A DNA stretch of 64,000 nt. Source: Chrysomallon squamiferum. Taxonomy: Eukaryota > Animalia > Mollusca. The position numbers were made by a program, and so were the translations under genes. The stretch lies in contig CM022665.1 in the NCBI GenBank assembly GCA_012295275.1, forward strand, positions 18,228,001 through 18,292,000, in the 5' to 3' direction. The notes beneath the pieces are model-generated. The model did not search any database and was not told where the DNA came from. It was given only the letters and a program-made list of their open reading frames with translations. Shown here in pieces: positions 1 through 13,551 of the stretch (its first letter is position 1; every line of letters begins with the position of its first letter).

Positions 1-177
1 AAAAGAGAAAAAAATTCTATCGGTATTGTGTCACACGCTGAGCTAGCTAAAACTGACGCGTGTACGCGTATGGTTAGGATGCTCTAACTGAAATCAATGG
101 TTTCTGAAAAACAAAACAAAAAAACCGTTCACGTCGCTCGCGTCCGGTTAGGATGCACCAGTAGGCGAGGTTTACTG
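1..177. mobile_element. End of a pogo/Tigger-like (Tc1-mariner) non-autonomous element, truncated by the window edge
   Basis: GC-richer island ending ...GTAGGCGAGGTTTACTG then TA. The reverse complement CAGTAAACCTCGCC resembles a pogo-type TIR start. Subterminal GGTTAGGATGC occurs twice. The other end is not visible. Confidence 0.5.
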
Positions 178-253
178 TATTAACAAATGTATTATACACA
201 GAAACACTCACCCCGCACTGGACGGTTTTCTTGATATGGGAGACAAAAGGTGC

Positions 254-289
<36 letters not shown>

Positions 290-290
<1 letters not shown>

Positions 291-1790
291 CTACTAGTGT
301 ATTATTAGTGTAGAAATAGTGTACTAGTCTATTATTACTGTAGACATAGTCTGCTAGTGTATTAATACTGTAGTCCAGTAGTGTATTATTACTGTAGAAA
401 TAGTCTACTAGTGTATTATTAGTGTAAAAATAGTCTGTTAGTGTATTGTTATTGTAGAATTAGTCTACAAGTGTATTAATATTGTAGAAATAGCCTACTA
501 TTGTATTATTAAATAGTATAATAGTGTATTAGTATTATAGAAATGGTCTGTTAGGGTATTATTATTGTAGAAATAGCCTACTAGTGTATTATTACTGTAT
601 AAATAATCTACTGGTGTATTATTACTGTAGACATAGTCTATTAGTGTATTAGTATTGAAGAAATAGTCTACTAGTCCATTAGTATTGTAAAAATAGTCTA
701 TTAGTGTATTATTAGTGTAAAAATAGTCTGTTAGTGTATTGTTATTGTAGAATTAGTCTACAAGTGTATTAATATTGTAGAAATAGCCTACTATTGTATT
801 ATTAAATAGTATAAAGTGTATTAGTATTATAGAAATGGTCTGTTAGGGTATTAATATTGTAGAAATAGCCTACTAGTGTATTATTACTGTATAAATAATC
901 TACTGGTGTATTATTACTGTAGACATAGTCTATTAGTGTATTAGTATTGAAGAAATAGTCTACTAGTCCATTAGTATTGTAAAAATAGTCTATTAGTGTA
1001 TTATTAGTGTAAAAATAGTCTGTTAGTGTATTGTTATTGTAGAATTAGTCTACAAGTGTATTAATATTGTAGAAATAGCCTACTATTGTATTATTAAATA
1101 GTATAATAGTGTATTAGTATTATAGAAATGGTCTGTTAGGGTATTATTATTGTAGAAATAGCCTACTAGTGTATTATTACTGTATAAATAATCTACTGGT
1201 GTATTATTACTGTAGACATAGTCTATTAGTGTATTAGTATTGAAGAAATAGTCTGCTAATGTAATGGTGTTATAGAAATAGTCTATAAGTGTGTTAGTAT
1301 ATTAGAAATAGTCTAGTAGTGTATTATTAGTGTAAAAATAGTCTGTTAGTGTATTGTTATTGTAGAATTAGTCTACAAGTGTATTAATATTGTAGAAATA
1401 GTCTGCTAGGGTATTATTACTGTAGAAATAATCTACTAGTGTATTAGTATTGTAGAAATAGTCAACTAATGTATTAGCATTGAAAAATAGTCTACTAGTG
1501 TATTATTTACTGTAGAAATAATCTACTAATGTATTAGTAGTGTAGAAGTAGTATATTAGTGATTAGTATTGTAGAAATATTTTACTAGGGTAGTTTTACT
1601 GTATAAATAGTCTGCATGTTCATTATCACTGTAGAAATAGTTTGCTAATGTAATGGTGTTATAGAAATAGTCTATAAGTGTGTTAGTATATTAGAAATAG
1701 TCTAGTAGTGTATGATTACTGTATAAATAGTCTACTAGTGTATTATTAGTGTAGAAATAGTCTACTCGTGTATTATGACTGTAGAAACTG
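290..1790. repeat. 30-bp minisatellite with a ~293-bp higher-order repeat
   Basis: Unit is about CTAGTGTATTATTACTGTAGAAATAGTCTA. The variant block AGTGTAAAAATAGTCTGTTAGTGTATTGTT recurs at ~421, ~714, ~1006 and partly ~1329. Confidence 0.95.
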
Positions 1791-2769
1791 GTACTGTTGT
1801 TATGCTCAATATTGGTGCAGTTATTTTACTCATATGATGCTTTAAGATTAAATTTATAATTTTTTTCAATTTTTTTAAAATCTTTTTTATATATGTTGTT
1901 TGCTTGCATGTTTATTTTCTACCGTAGCATTTTTAAAAAATTATATTTATTTATCTTGAATTTTTGATTTGTATTCATTTATTTAATTGGTTTTTTAGTT
2001 TAATTTTATTTTGTTTTATTTAATTTAATTTAATTTAATTTAATTTAATTTAATTTAATTTAATTTAATTTAATTTTATTTTATTTTATTTTATTTATTT
2101 ATTTAATTTGTGTTTGGTTTGCTTTTGCTTTTTTATTTTTGATTAAAGAAAAAATATAAAAGTGTATAATGTGCAAGTATTAAATTTAAAAAATCATATT
2201 TTTATATTTTATATATTTATTTATTTTTGATAATAAAATAAAATAGTATAATTAAACTATTTACCAAAGATATTTACAAAATAATGTACAAAATAATTTT
2301 CAAAATACAGTTTTGTTATAGAAGTAAACACACACCTGAATTTCAACAAAGTTGCTGTTACCTTTCATTTCAGTCAGTTATAGTTATATGTATACAAAGC
2401 CTTTTGAATCATTATTTTATTTATATTATTTCATTTGATTCTACAGTTTGTAGTAAATGTTTTAAATAATGGTAGATTCTTAATACAATATCTTCATGAC
2501 TGACTTTTATTTATTTTAATTTATAATAATTAAGAAATAAACACATTATTGGTAACTTGTAGCTGATACCTTTATTTCTTAATATAATTTACAGGTAACA
2601 AGATTTATCTATGGAATGAGTTCAGGAGACAATTGCTAAAATATTGTTCAAAATAATAATAACAGAAACAACAACAAAAATAACAACAACAACAACAACA
2701 ATAAAAACAGTAAATAAATAAATAAATAAATAAAATTCCTAAATTCTACTTATCATTGCATCATTATTG

Positions 2770-3000
2770 TGGAAGTTATCTACTCCAGTGTATTAATTTT
2801 TGTAGAAATAGTTGTGTACCATGTCCTGTTATTACAGAAAGTCTACTATAGTGTATTATTACTGTAGATGTAATCTACTACAATGTATTAATTATTGCAG
2901 AAATAGCATTCTACAATGTCCTGTTATTACAGAACGTCTACTACGGTGTATTATTATTGCAGAAGTAATCTACTACAAGTAATCTACCACAATGTAATCA
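2770..3000. repeat. Degenerate outlying copies of the same 30-bp minisatellite
   Basis: Units resembling GTGTATTATTACTGTAGA...TCTACTA, more diverged than those at 290-1790. Confidence 0.75.
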
Positions 3001-3904
3001 ACCAGTATGTCGTTTCCACTGGGATGGTGCTGTCAAGAACAAGCTTCATTCTGATAAGCCAGTTCTGTTACAGGCTGTGCAGGAATTAACCAAAATATAA
3101 TAAAATAATAAACAAATAAATAAATAAATTAGATATCTTACTGAGGAAATCGAAAACTCTGGAATTACGCAGAATATAAAATATAAATATTTTAAAGAAA
3201 ATATTTGTAAAGTTTCAGATATTTCTGATCATTGTCAATCACCTGTGAATGACAGTCTGTAGTCACACGAGATTTCTGCATATGAACAGCTGAAGATGTG
3301 AAATGTAGGACAATATTCAGGTAAAAGTAGTTGATTAAATTCCTGTGAATTTTACAACCTATTTAATTATAAACTAACGTCTGACAACATTTCATGATAA
3401 TTCTGTATATTGTTTTGTTCTATTTGTGTTGTCATTTAGTCTTTATAAATATTCTCAGTTACTAAAACCTTTACATTAAATAAATAAATAAATAAATTTT
3501 AAAGCAATGAATTTATTCTAATTACTTAAAAAAAAAATGAAAAAAAAAAAAAGAAGAAAATAAGTCTTGTTTAATTTGTATTCTTTCTGGTTTTTATTTC
3601 TAAATAATTAAATGTTTATTTTAAAATTTCAAGTAAACAGTATGAAACTTTGGAGACTTAATGAACATCACAAATGCTAAATATATAAAAACTATTAAGA
3701 AAATATATCTCAAAAAATGAATTTCGAGCCCCGAGATAGTGATATACAAAATCTATTTTATTCGTAGCTGAGTCAATAGGTTTATGTAAACTTCATATTT
3801 CAGGGAATGTTTTTAGTTATGTGAAGTCCATATCTCAGATAATGTATTTATGTCACTTCTCATACATAGCATGAAACTGCAGGTCTACATCAAATCAATG
3901 ATGT

Positions 3905-4787
3905 TTAAAATGTTTTTTCTGGATAAAAAGAAAGTAATAAAAAAAAGAAGATTAATCAACGAAAACATGTCAGATGATTATGATTATGATTATTATTATT
4001 ATTATTATTTAAAAAAGAAAAAAAGAAAAAGAATGAAGTAAGATTGAAAAACTAACATGTAGACATAAATTTATCTTTCAAAAACTAGTAGGGTTTCATA
4101 ACCATGTCAGCTGATAATATGAAATTTCTTAATTGTTTATAAATACAGAAGTAAATTTAATAAGCAGATAAATATGTATGTGCGTGCATGCATGAGTGTG
4201 TGAAGTGATTGAGCTAGGTTGCATTTCGGTGACGTTTACTCTCTTATAGCAGAGTGCACGTGACATTAATGTGCCATTCAAACATGACTTTTACTCAATA
4301 GAGTTGTAACCAGTTTGGTATTTGAAAATGGAATATTTGACTTTTCTTCGATATTATGTCCCAAAACTCAAAAGCTTCCCTTTAACGTATTTGTTCTTTG
4401 AAGTTCTTAGGGATTTCTTTCATCTCAATGGGTCTCAAATTTTATTTATTTATTTATTTATTTATTTACACTCTTAGCTCAAACATAATCTGTAAGTGTG
4501 TTTGTGAAAAAAATATGAATTTAATATAAATTAATTAAAATATATTAATAAGTAATTTGTAATAAATAATTAGATAATTAGTTAAATGAGAAACTAGATA
4601 TTTAATGTAAAAGCATAAATAAAAATAAAAATGTTTCTTACACCACTATGAGAGAAACCATAAACGAGGTCTGGGGACTACCGTTAGTTAACGTAACAGT
4701 AAAATCTAAACAGATAAATACACAAATACGTATATATATGTATTAAAACAATTCTATATATATATATATATATAAACAATATATATA

Positions 4788-4832
<45 letters not shown>

Positions 4833-7181
4833 CAAGTCTACAGTTATTTAAAATGATTATTTTACATAAAACTATATGTTTGTGAAACTCGACTTCAGTA
4901 AGGTTATTTAATTTATTTTCTTTGAAAATTAATATTGTATACATATACATTTTCACAAATTGTTTTTAGAAAAGTGATTTGGCCAGAAAACAAACGACCG
5001 TCAATAATTATTTATTGAAATCGTTTTTAAACTATTTAATAAAAGAAGTAATTTTTTTTTCTTAAAATAGGAGTAATCTGTGTATTGATGATAAATATAT
5101 TAGATATCAGGATGAATATTTCAGGAAGAGATGATTTTGATAAATGTAACTTAATTTTACATAACGAACGCAGCTTATAAAAGATTCCATTTTTAAACAC
5201 TAACACTAAAAAGTCTGGGAACTGAGAAGATATGAGCTTTTCGGCAATATACATCCATTATTTCCATTATTTTTTAGTTTTTATTTAAATATGTCTTGAC
5301 AGTTTATAACGAATGCATTGTCAGTCGTAAAAATAACTATTTCTGTGTAATTACTTTCAACATTAATTCTGTAAAGACCAAATTTATTTACAAATTAATA
5401 CAGTTATGATGAAATGTAAACTTCAAAAATATTTTGAGACACATGCATCCGCACGATATTTTCAGTCCAAAATAAACATACTTAATAAAATAAAATTTAG
5501 TTAAAGGAAAATATAATATTCATTAATAAAACAGAAAATATCATTTTCTTGTTAAACTAATCTGATTCTGATATAAATTACAAAATACATTAATATAAAC
5601 ATTTTTGTTGTGAAGTTTCTAAAGAGTTAATAACTATAAATAGTTAAACTGGTTATAATATATTTTCAGGGAACTGTTAATTATACCATTTGACATGTAT
5701 TGTATAAATAAACAAAATCGAAATGAAATTACCTGTTTCATTATTCAGACTACTGCTCAGGAGGATGTCAGATTCATCAGTTCCGATCTTCTTTTGTTTA
5801 ACAATCCTGTTACCTAAGCGAACAGTACATCAGAGCAAAATAAATGTTGTTCTTAAATACCAACTTCATTCTTTAGTTTTTAAAAGAAAACCGTTTTCAG
5901 GAAACAAAGGTATGTCAAATATAAAATTAAACAACTAGTTAACTGTTCCGTTTGATACGTATTTTATAAATAAACAAAAACTGAATGATATTACCTATTT
6001 CACTTTTCATCCTACCGACCCCCAGGGAGCTAAATTCAGAGTTGCCAGTTTCTTCTTCTCCGGCAGCATTTTCACCTGCATGAGCTGTACATCAAAACAA
6101 AATACTTTTTAAATAGCACCAACTCTTTCAGCAGGCATACGGGTGTCAAATACAGAATACAATAAACAATTACACCATTTGATATGTATTTTATAAATAA
6201 ACAAAAACTAAATGAAATTATCTGTTTCACTTCTCATTTTACCGCTCTCGAAGTTTCTAGATTCAGGAATCCTCATTTCATTTTCTTCAACAATCTTGTC
6301 ACCTACATCAAAAAAACAAACAAAAAAAAACATAATAATAATAATAATAATAAAAAATACAAAAGGTTTTAGATATCAACAATTTGTTAGTTTTCAAAAG
6401 AGAGCCCTTTTCAGAATTGTATTTTAACAACTAAAACAGCCATTAAACATTAAAGAAATTTTTTTTAATGAAAAATATATATAAAGCAAATAATTTATCG
6501 AACTAAAAATAATCTCGTATTATAGACTAAAGGACCAAACTATAGAAAAATACAGGATATATATACTGACGGAGATTTTTGTAAACACATATCATAATGA
6601 AAGAAAATTTATTAAGCACAAAACGCCATTTTATTTTAGTAGTGCAGTATTTTACTAAATACAAAAACAATAATAAAAAATAAGAAAATAAGAAATGAGC
6701 CACTCACTTATCAGTTTAATTTTATTGCTGGAAAAAACAGGTTGCATGTGTTGGTCCACCATGACACTATTAATAGCAGAACAATAAATTGTTTTGTTAT
6801 GATGAGCTAGGTTTGGTTTATACAACATTTTAGATTTTCCAATCCTGTCAATAACCACTACCTTTCCTACAACAGTGCCAGTTAACTCTGCATCGCCAAC
6901 ATACCATCTGATTTGTGAGTTTTTAGGTTCAGGTTTAGCGCCTTCTATTAAACAAATCAGCTTTATTAACTTTCCTTCATCCAATTTAACAGAGTCTGGC
7001 CTAGACCCTGCAAATTCAGTGTAGACAGCAGTGACAGGAGCTGTAAAGAGAAAATAGCAGACAGCATAAAATTATAAATTGAACATTACAAAATTTTAAC
7101 TGTTTTTAGTTTAAATGTCAAGAAAATAAGAAGTATATTTTTTAAACAATTCACTCTAAGAGTTATAATCAGTCTCCCATC

Positions 7182-7218
<37 letters not shown>

Positions 7219-8367
7219 AATATTATGTTTCTTTCAAAAAATTACTTGTGTGTGAAATGAAAAAAACATTTTCTTTTAATTAATTCAAAAAATAGAAACC
7301 ATAATAAGGAAATTATGCTTAATGTATAATTCTATAACGCTGTGATTACAAGTCTCAGATCAAGTTGAATCATTAAGTAACTAAGAATGTGTTGAGTCAA
7401 TGTAGATGCTAAGTAAGTGGATATCCAGAATTCAGTTCTCTGATTTTGTTTCTGAAACTGAAGTTGCTCTTGTTAAATGTACTCCTTCACATACATAAAC
7501 TACTGTTGAGTCTATCTGCCCTGTAAGCAAACACTGTCAATGTCTATAACACCTATTAAACACTGTCAGTGTTTATAACACCTATCAAACATTGTCAGTG
7601 TCTGTAACACCTATCAAACATTGTCAGTGTGTTTTCGAAAGTACAGGAGAAAATAAAAAGGATAAAAAGGAGAAGACGTAATACAGTCCGTCAGTAGATA
7701 TGCAGAAAATAAACTTTAACAACGAGAGTTACAGGGAGATACAGAAAGACAGAGAAAGAGATCGATTAATTCTGAAGACTTACTATGAACTTCTAACTTA
7801 ACAGGTGTGCTTAGTTCTTGGCTACTATCACTGCACTGCCAGGCACCTTCCTCATTCATAGTAGCACTTCTTATAGTCAATCTATACTCCTCAAAAATTA
7901 TAAGTTCGCAGAGACAACACTGTTTCCCACCAGTCTGTCCATCGAGTGGACCAAAGAGGCAAATGGTTTTACCATCCTTCTTAAAGATAATTGGAAAACT
8001 AATAGCCTGGTTTCGAAAGAAGCACGTAAATGTGTGACTCTGATGTATCATCACAGTGCTTCCACCAATAATTTCTGAATAAAAAAACATTTTTACACTG
8101 TAACATTTGTCATACATACAACACACACAACACACATGCTCAAACCAGATGCGATTCAAAAATCCTAAGACTTCATCATAAATATATAATGTACGTCTAT
8201 CTGGAAATCTTTAGCTATTATGTGAGAAAGTTTTTGTTTTACATTGTAGATGAGAGGAATACAATTTCTTTTAGTTTCATTTGGACTGTATAGAAAAAGT
8301 GAAATAACATTAGCAGCATCCAAGGATTTTGGTATAGATATTTTATTTATTTCTATTTTATTACATT

Positions 8368-8398
<31 letters not shown>

Positions 8399-10104
8399 TT
8401 ATTATTTTTTTTTTTTATTATTATTATTATTTATTCAATTTTTTTATTTATTTATTTATTTTTTTATTTTGGCCATATATTCTTGAACAGGCATCAGAAT
8501 ATGAAGGCACATTCTGTCCATTTCTATACAACAGAAAAATGATGTTTTGCAAAAAAATAAAAAAAATAAAAAGAAAATCATTTTTAATCGTAGGTCAAAG
8601 CTGTACACAGTTCAATTAAACTGTAGTACAAAACTGGTACAAAACATGCACTTCTACAAAAAAAAAGATTAAAAATGATTAGTGTTTGCATGTGTATGAA
8701 TGTGTGTGTGCGCGCGCGCGCAACAACAAAAATGCACAAAATAACAGATATGTAGTCATTTTAGAAAGATATATATTAAGACTGTTAAATTATTGCATTA
8801 TATTTTGTATTTATGAGAATGTCAACATAATATATTTTTTATTAACTCCTGGAGCTGTGGTGCTATCGCTTATGCAGTGGAACGATAACTTTCTTTTGGT
8901 TTAGAGGAAACGAGATTAATGGCTGACAGGATTATGTACAAGTGCATGAATATTATTACATAAAAATACAATTTTATATGAATTTTGCTTGATTATACAA
9001 AACTAATATTTTCTGGTTATCATTTATAACCTCCAAAAATAATTAGGACAATTTGCATTTTATAATCGATTACGCATGATTCGTGGTAGATAGACAAGTT
9101 CATTTTGAGGCAGGATTATAAACGTCTATACTTAACTATGCAGTTAAACAAATGATAAGTGGACCATTCTTATTTAAAAGAAATAAACATGAAAATAAAA
9201 TTAATATAATTGATGATATACAGGTCGGAGTAAAGGCAACATGTCTCTTTTCTTTTTATTTTTTATTTTTTATTTTTTTTCATTTTTGTTTTCTTCAGTA
9301 ATTTAATATTATTATTATTTTCTACTTTAGAAGTAATGCATGATGACGTCAGTACAAAAAAAATAGCGACGCCTAGAAACTATCCATTTAAAAGTTAAAA
9401 ATACATCAGTTTTATTTTGGGAAATACCATGTATAACTGAAGTAATATGTTCTGTATTTTTAAAACGCACAATGGTTTTGCAGAATGAAACGTCTAGCCA
9501 CAAGAACTGATGGAAACCAGTGGTTTATTCAGTATTGATATAGAGGATGCATTAATATTTTATCTCCGTCTCTTATGACGAGTTGAGTAAAAACAAGTTA
9601 ACGGTTTCCAGATAATTCGTAAAATATTTTTAGTAATAATAAATTTAAAACATGCATTTTCTATTTGCAAGTACAAGGACAGTCGATAATTTATCGAAAA
9701 CAACTTTTTTGAATCAATGACGTCATTTACATTCTAGCACGGCTTGGGTCTCAAATCATAAACGTATGCTATTATGTAATAATAACATCAACAACAACAA
9801 CAGTAAAAACAACAACAACAACAACAACAATAATGACGTTTACAATTCGGCTGTCATTTTTCGAATCAATGGCATCATTTACATTCTAGCACTGCTTGTG
9901 TCTCAAATCATAAATGTATGTTATTATGTAACAACAACAACAATAATAATAATAATGTTAATAGTCAAGTTTAAAATTCGGCTGTAATTTTTCGGTACGA
10001 AATTCCTGAAACTACATTTACATTCAAATACCTGAAACTGTAGAGGCACAGCGAAAAAACATGAATAAAAGTATTACAGCCAACATATTACGAATTTCTG
10101 ACAT
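3905..10104 (-). CDS. Gene A: predicted secreted two-Ig-domain protein (leader + V-like Ig + C2-like Ig + short cassette tail)
   Basis: Leader exon 10104-10032 (MSEIRNMLAVILLFMFFRCASTVS). Ig1 exon 8074-7784 (291 nt; HTFTC...LTIRSATMNEEGAWQC). Ig2 exon 7040-6708 (333 nt; LICLIEGAKP...IRWY...IYCSAIN). Candidate cassette exons 6302-6222/6243, 6075-5995 and 5813-5733. Probable last exon from 3918 (EKTF*, stop 3907-3905). All junctions are phase 1 and exon sizes match paralogue B. The 3' exons are less certain. Confidence 0.85.
5733..6302 (-). CDS. Three tandem 81-nt phase 1-1 mini-exons of gene A
   Basis: 6302-6222 (DKIVEENEMRIPESRNFESGKMRSET), 6075-5995 (ENAAGEEETGNSEFSSLGVGRMKSEI) and 5813-5733 (NRIVKQKKIGTDESDILLSSSLNNET). 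Each follows an AG and is stop-free; two end in GTAAT. They sit in ~230-260-bp tandem units with shared intron flanks. Confidence 0.75.
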
Positions 10105-11399
10105 GGTCCCGCATCCTTTTTTTTTTTTATTTTTTTTTTATTTTACTGCGTGAAACTCATCACACATTGTCAAGTTATCATGTATTCTTCAGATCAGGAT
10201 GGATTTAATTACTGTCACAATTTTTTTTCATATATATATATATAGAAATACCTTCCTCTTTAATAATCATATTGCAATGACATATTTATCCAAGAGGAAC
10301 GACTGTCAACGAATGCAATGTATAAAAACGAATGATCTCGAAAGTTCACGTTTTTCACGAGAATACTGAGTTCAGTGATTTCACACCCAAAAGGTTTTCA
10401 GTTCTTTCGTTCCCAAAAAGTGTTCAGTTCTTTCGTTCCCAAAAATGACTGCATGTTGGTACCCCTGAACTCTACACATGACATCCGACGCGAAACAAAT
10501 CATAGACTGAAAATGCAGTTGGTATTGGCTGTGGAATCGCTTTGTGTTGATCGCTTCAGAATGTATCGTATCGGTATGTGTTTTGACGCACCTTCGTTAC
10601 ATAACAGGTGCGCATAACCATGGACAAGATTTTGTTTACGGAAGTTTTTTTTTTTTCACCTACCAAATAAAGCAATGCTTCCTATTCGCATGTCTGCGGT
10701 TAGATTAAACAAGTAACATAACCATATAGGTAAAAGTACTGTTTTTCATAAGGAAGTTTTTAGCTATACATAAATAACCCCTTATGTCCAAAGTTTCACA
10801 ATGAATTTCATTCATAAACTGCACAAAACGTCTGCTGACTGTCAGAAATCTATTAAACAATTAGGAGTTATTGTACTTGGATGTCGACCGATAACGATTC
10901 ACACGTTCTGCGTCAAAACCCATACCGCATTAAAAAGGTAAGATTGTTACAGTACACACATATGAATTAGAAACAAACGATACCACGAGGATCAAACAGA
11001 ACTTAAACTTAAATCAATGAACATTAAAATTTTAAATCTGATGTTCCGACACTTTTATAAAGAAACAGAAACAGCAGATGGGAAAACGTCATGCAAAGGT
11101 AGAATTCCCACAAGTTATAAAAAGTATCGCATTCTATGACATTCAAAACAGCAGGTGTTGAATATTTTAAACGATGTATGGAAAACTGTCGATAACAAAA
11201 GAAAAGAAGAAAAGAAAAAAAAATGGAAAGTGGCAAGTGGAAAAAGTGCGGGTGACTAATTAAATAAAGTGAAGACGAGTGAGTTTGTCAGTGAGGGTAT
11301 CAATCAGTAATTCATATTGAAAAATAAGTGTAATTAACACCTGTATTCTCTTCACTATGTTAATATTGTTTTTATATGCAAGTAGACTGAGGAACACTG

Positions 11400-12340
11400 A
11401 ATTAAAATAATTGCTTATAACCGTAAAAAAAGTAGACATGCAAATATTACTTTTTTGCAAGAAACCTGGGATATTAATTTAATAGACAGATATAAAAACT
11501 TAGATGGTAAATTATTCTATAGTAATTGTCCGTATAAAAATAGAAGGGCTGTGGCTTTATTGGCAGATAGCTGTGAAACTGAATGCAGGATATTAAAAAT
11601 TAGTGCTAAATAGATAAGGATGAATATAGTTTTGTAAACTGCATGCGTCAAATAATATTGAAAAGTTATATTTTTTCAAGAATTATATGCATTTGAGGAT
11701 TTTAAAAATACAATAAGGGCAGAAGATTTTGAAGAAATTTTGGATCCTTCTTCAGATTTAAGCATTACTAATAAAATTTTCTATATGAAAAGTAGTAATG
11801 TCTTAAACTCGGTTTTAGTAATGGCAATTTAGTTGATATTTGGCGTTAAACAAATCCACATAATAGACAATTTGCTCGATTTCAAATTATTGAAAATGTT
11901 ATAAAACATAAGGATTGGTTTATTTTTAATTTCTAGAGATTTGTTACAGTTTGTAAGTAATGTAAATATATTTTATACTTCTGCTAGTGATCACAATTTT
12001 GTATTACTTAAAATAGATTTTTCTTGAGAGGTCAAAGAATATAGATCTTTAAATGTTGAAAGTTTCACGTTTTTGTAAAACCATTTTTGATGTAATTAAT
12101 AGTTCTTCTGAGTGTCCTTTGTTGAGGACTGAACTTACTGTTTGGTTGGATAAGTTAAAATACAAAATGAAAAGATGTGCAAGATATTCTGCAATCAATA
12201 ACGAGAAATATTATGATATTATTATAAAACGAGAATATGCTAAAGTAACTGTAAATAAGCATCATGGTTTGAATTACATAAACATTTTAGAAGATAAATT
12301 ACTATTTCAAAATTTTCTTGATGACCTTTCCAAATGTTAA
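11400..12340 (+). mobile_element. Decayed LINE (L1/Tx1-like) ORF2 endonuclease region
   Basis: Fragmentary APE motifs: FLQETW at ~11453 and SASDHNF at ~11980, with many stops and frameshifts. Confidence 0.55.
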
Positions 12341-12500
12341 GTTCCCTATGCTAAAATCCTTGAATGTTCATGATATTCCCTATGTTATTGCTTTCTTCTT
12401 CTTCTTTTTCTTTTATCCCCCTCTGAATATACAGTCCAAATCAGAGTGAAAGAGTATGTGTGTGTGATAATTTTTTAAGTGTAAAAATGTTTTTATTCAG

Positions 12501-12730
12501 AAATTGTTAGTGGGGGCGCTGTGGCTACAAAGGAAAGTCACGCATTCAGTTGTGACATTCGAAAGAAAACAAGTAAATATCTATTAGATTTAAGAAGGAT
12601 GATCAAACCTTTGCAACCTTATCGGAAGTGGCAAACACTTCGGTGGTGAAGATTGTTGTTGTTGTCAAACTGAAGGTTTTGGGAAGTATTCATTAACTAA
12701 CTATAAAACGTGCTACTGTGAATGGAGAAA
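12501..12730 (+). pseudogene. Frameshifted, truncated third copy of the V-like Ig exon
   Basis: Acceptor context GTAAAAATGTTTTTATTCAG is like gene A. Reads EIVSGGAVATKESHAFSCDIRKKTSKYLLD/KKDDQT/CNLIGSGKHFGGEDCCCCQTEGFGKYSLT/IKRATVNGE with three small indels, and stops before GAWQC. Confidence 0.9.
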
Positions 12731-12735
12731 GAGAC

Positions 12736-12879
12736 CTTTCTTTTAGTACAGCTTCTGTGTTTATAAGCAAACCATTATCTGTATTTAATTCTTTAATTGT
12801 TTTACTCTCTTCTTTTTTTTTGGGGGGTGTTTTTTGTTTTTTGTGTTGTTTTTGTTTGCATTTTATGATTATGATTATG

Positions 12880-12935
<56 letters not shown>

Positions 12936-13520
12936 AGGCAACGATATTGTTGTTGACCTTAAAATTGCTGCTTCTCATTTTATTTTTATTTGAATTGTTT
13001 TAATATTGGCTGGTTCTTCAAGCAGCTGGTCTGCTTATGTCATAGTCATTATTTTAGGCTATTTTTTTTTTGTTGTTAGTGAATAATACTTGGAAAGAAA
13101 CATTATAATTTTATAAGTCAGATTATCCTATCAAACCATCATTTCTGACTCAAAGTAATATAAATAATGTTCGTATTTACCACAAATTTTAGTGTTCTTC
13201 TAAAATCTCTAGACAACATCAAAATCATCAGTATAATAAATATATAAATAAGTGAAAATAATTCCGATACCGAGAATTGAACCCGGGCCATATATATATA
13301 TATTTGTTTTTCTTTTTTCTTTTATTTATTTATTTTTTTAACCCAGCTGACCCTGATTCAGTTTCTGGCATGGGAATTATCTGTATTTATTATTATTATT
13401 ATTATTATTTTGTTTTTTGTATTGTTGATTTTGGGCCATAATAAAATAGCTTCTTGTATTTCGTTTTCTTTTCTTTTTTTCTTATTGTTTTTTTTTTTTT
13501 TTTTTTTTTTTTTGTACTTA

Positions 13521-13551
<31 letters not shown>

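Noticed and set aside
290-1790. CRISPR-like array
   Set aside because: Units abut with no unique spacers, there are no cas genes, and the context is eukaryotic.
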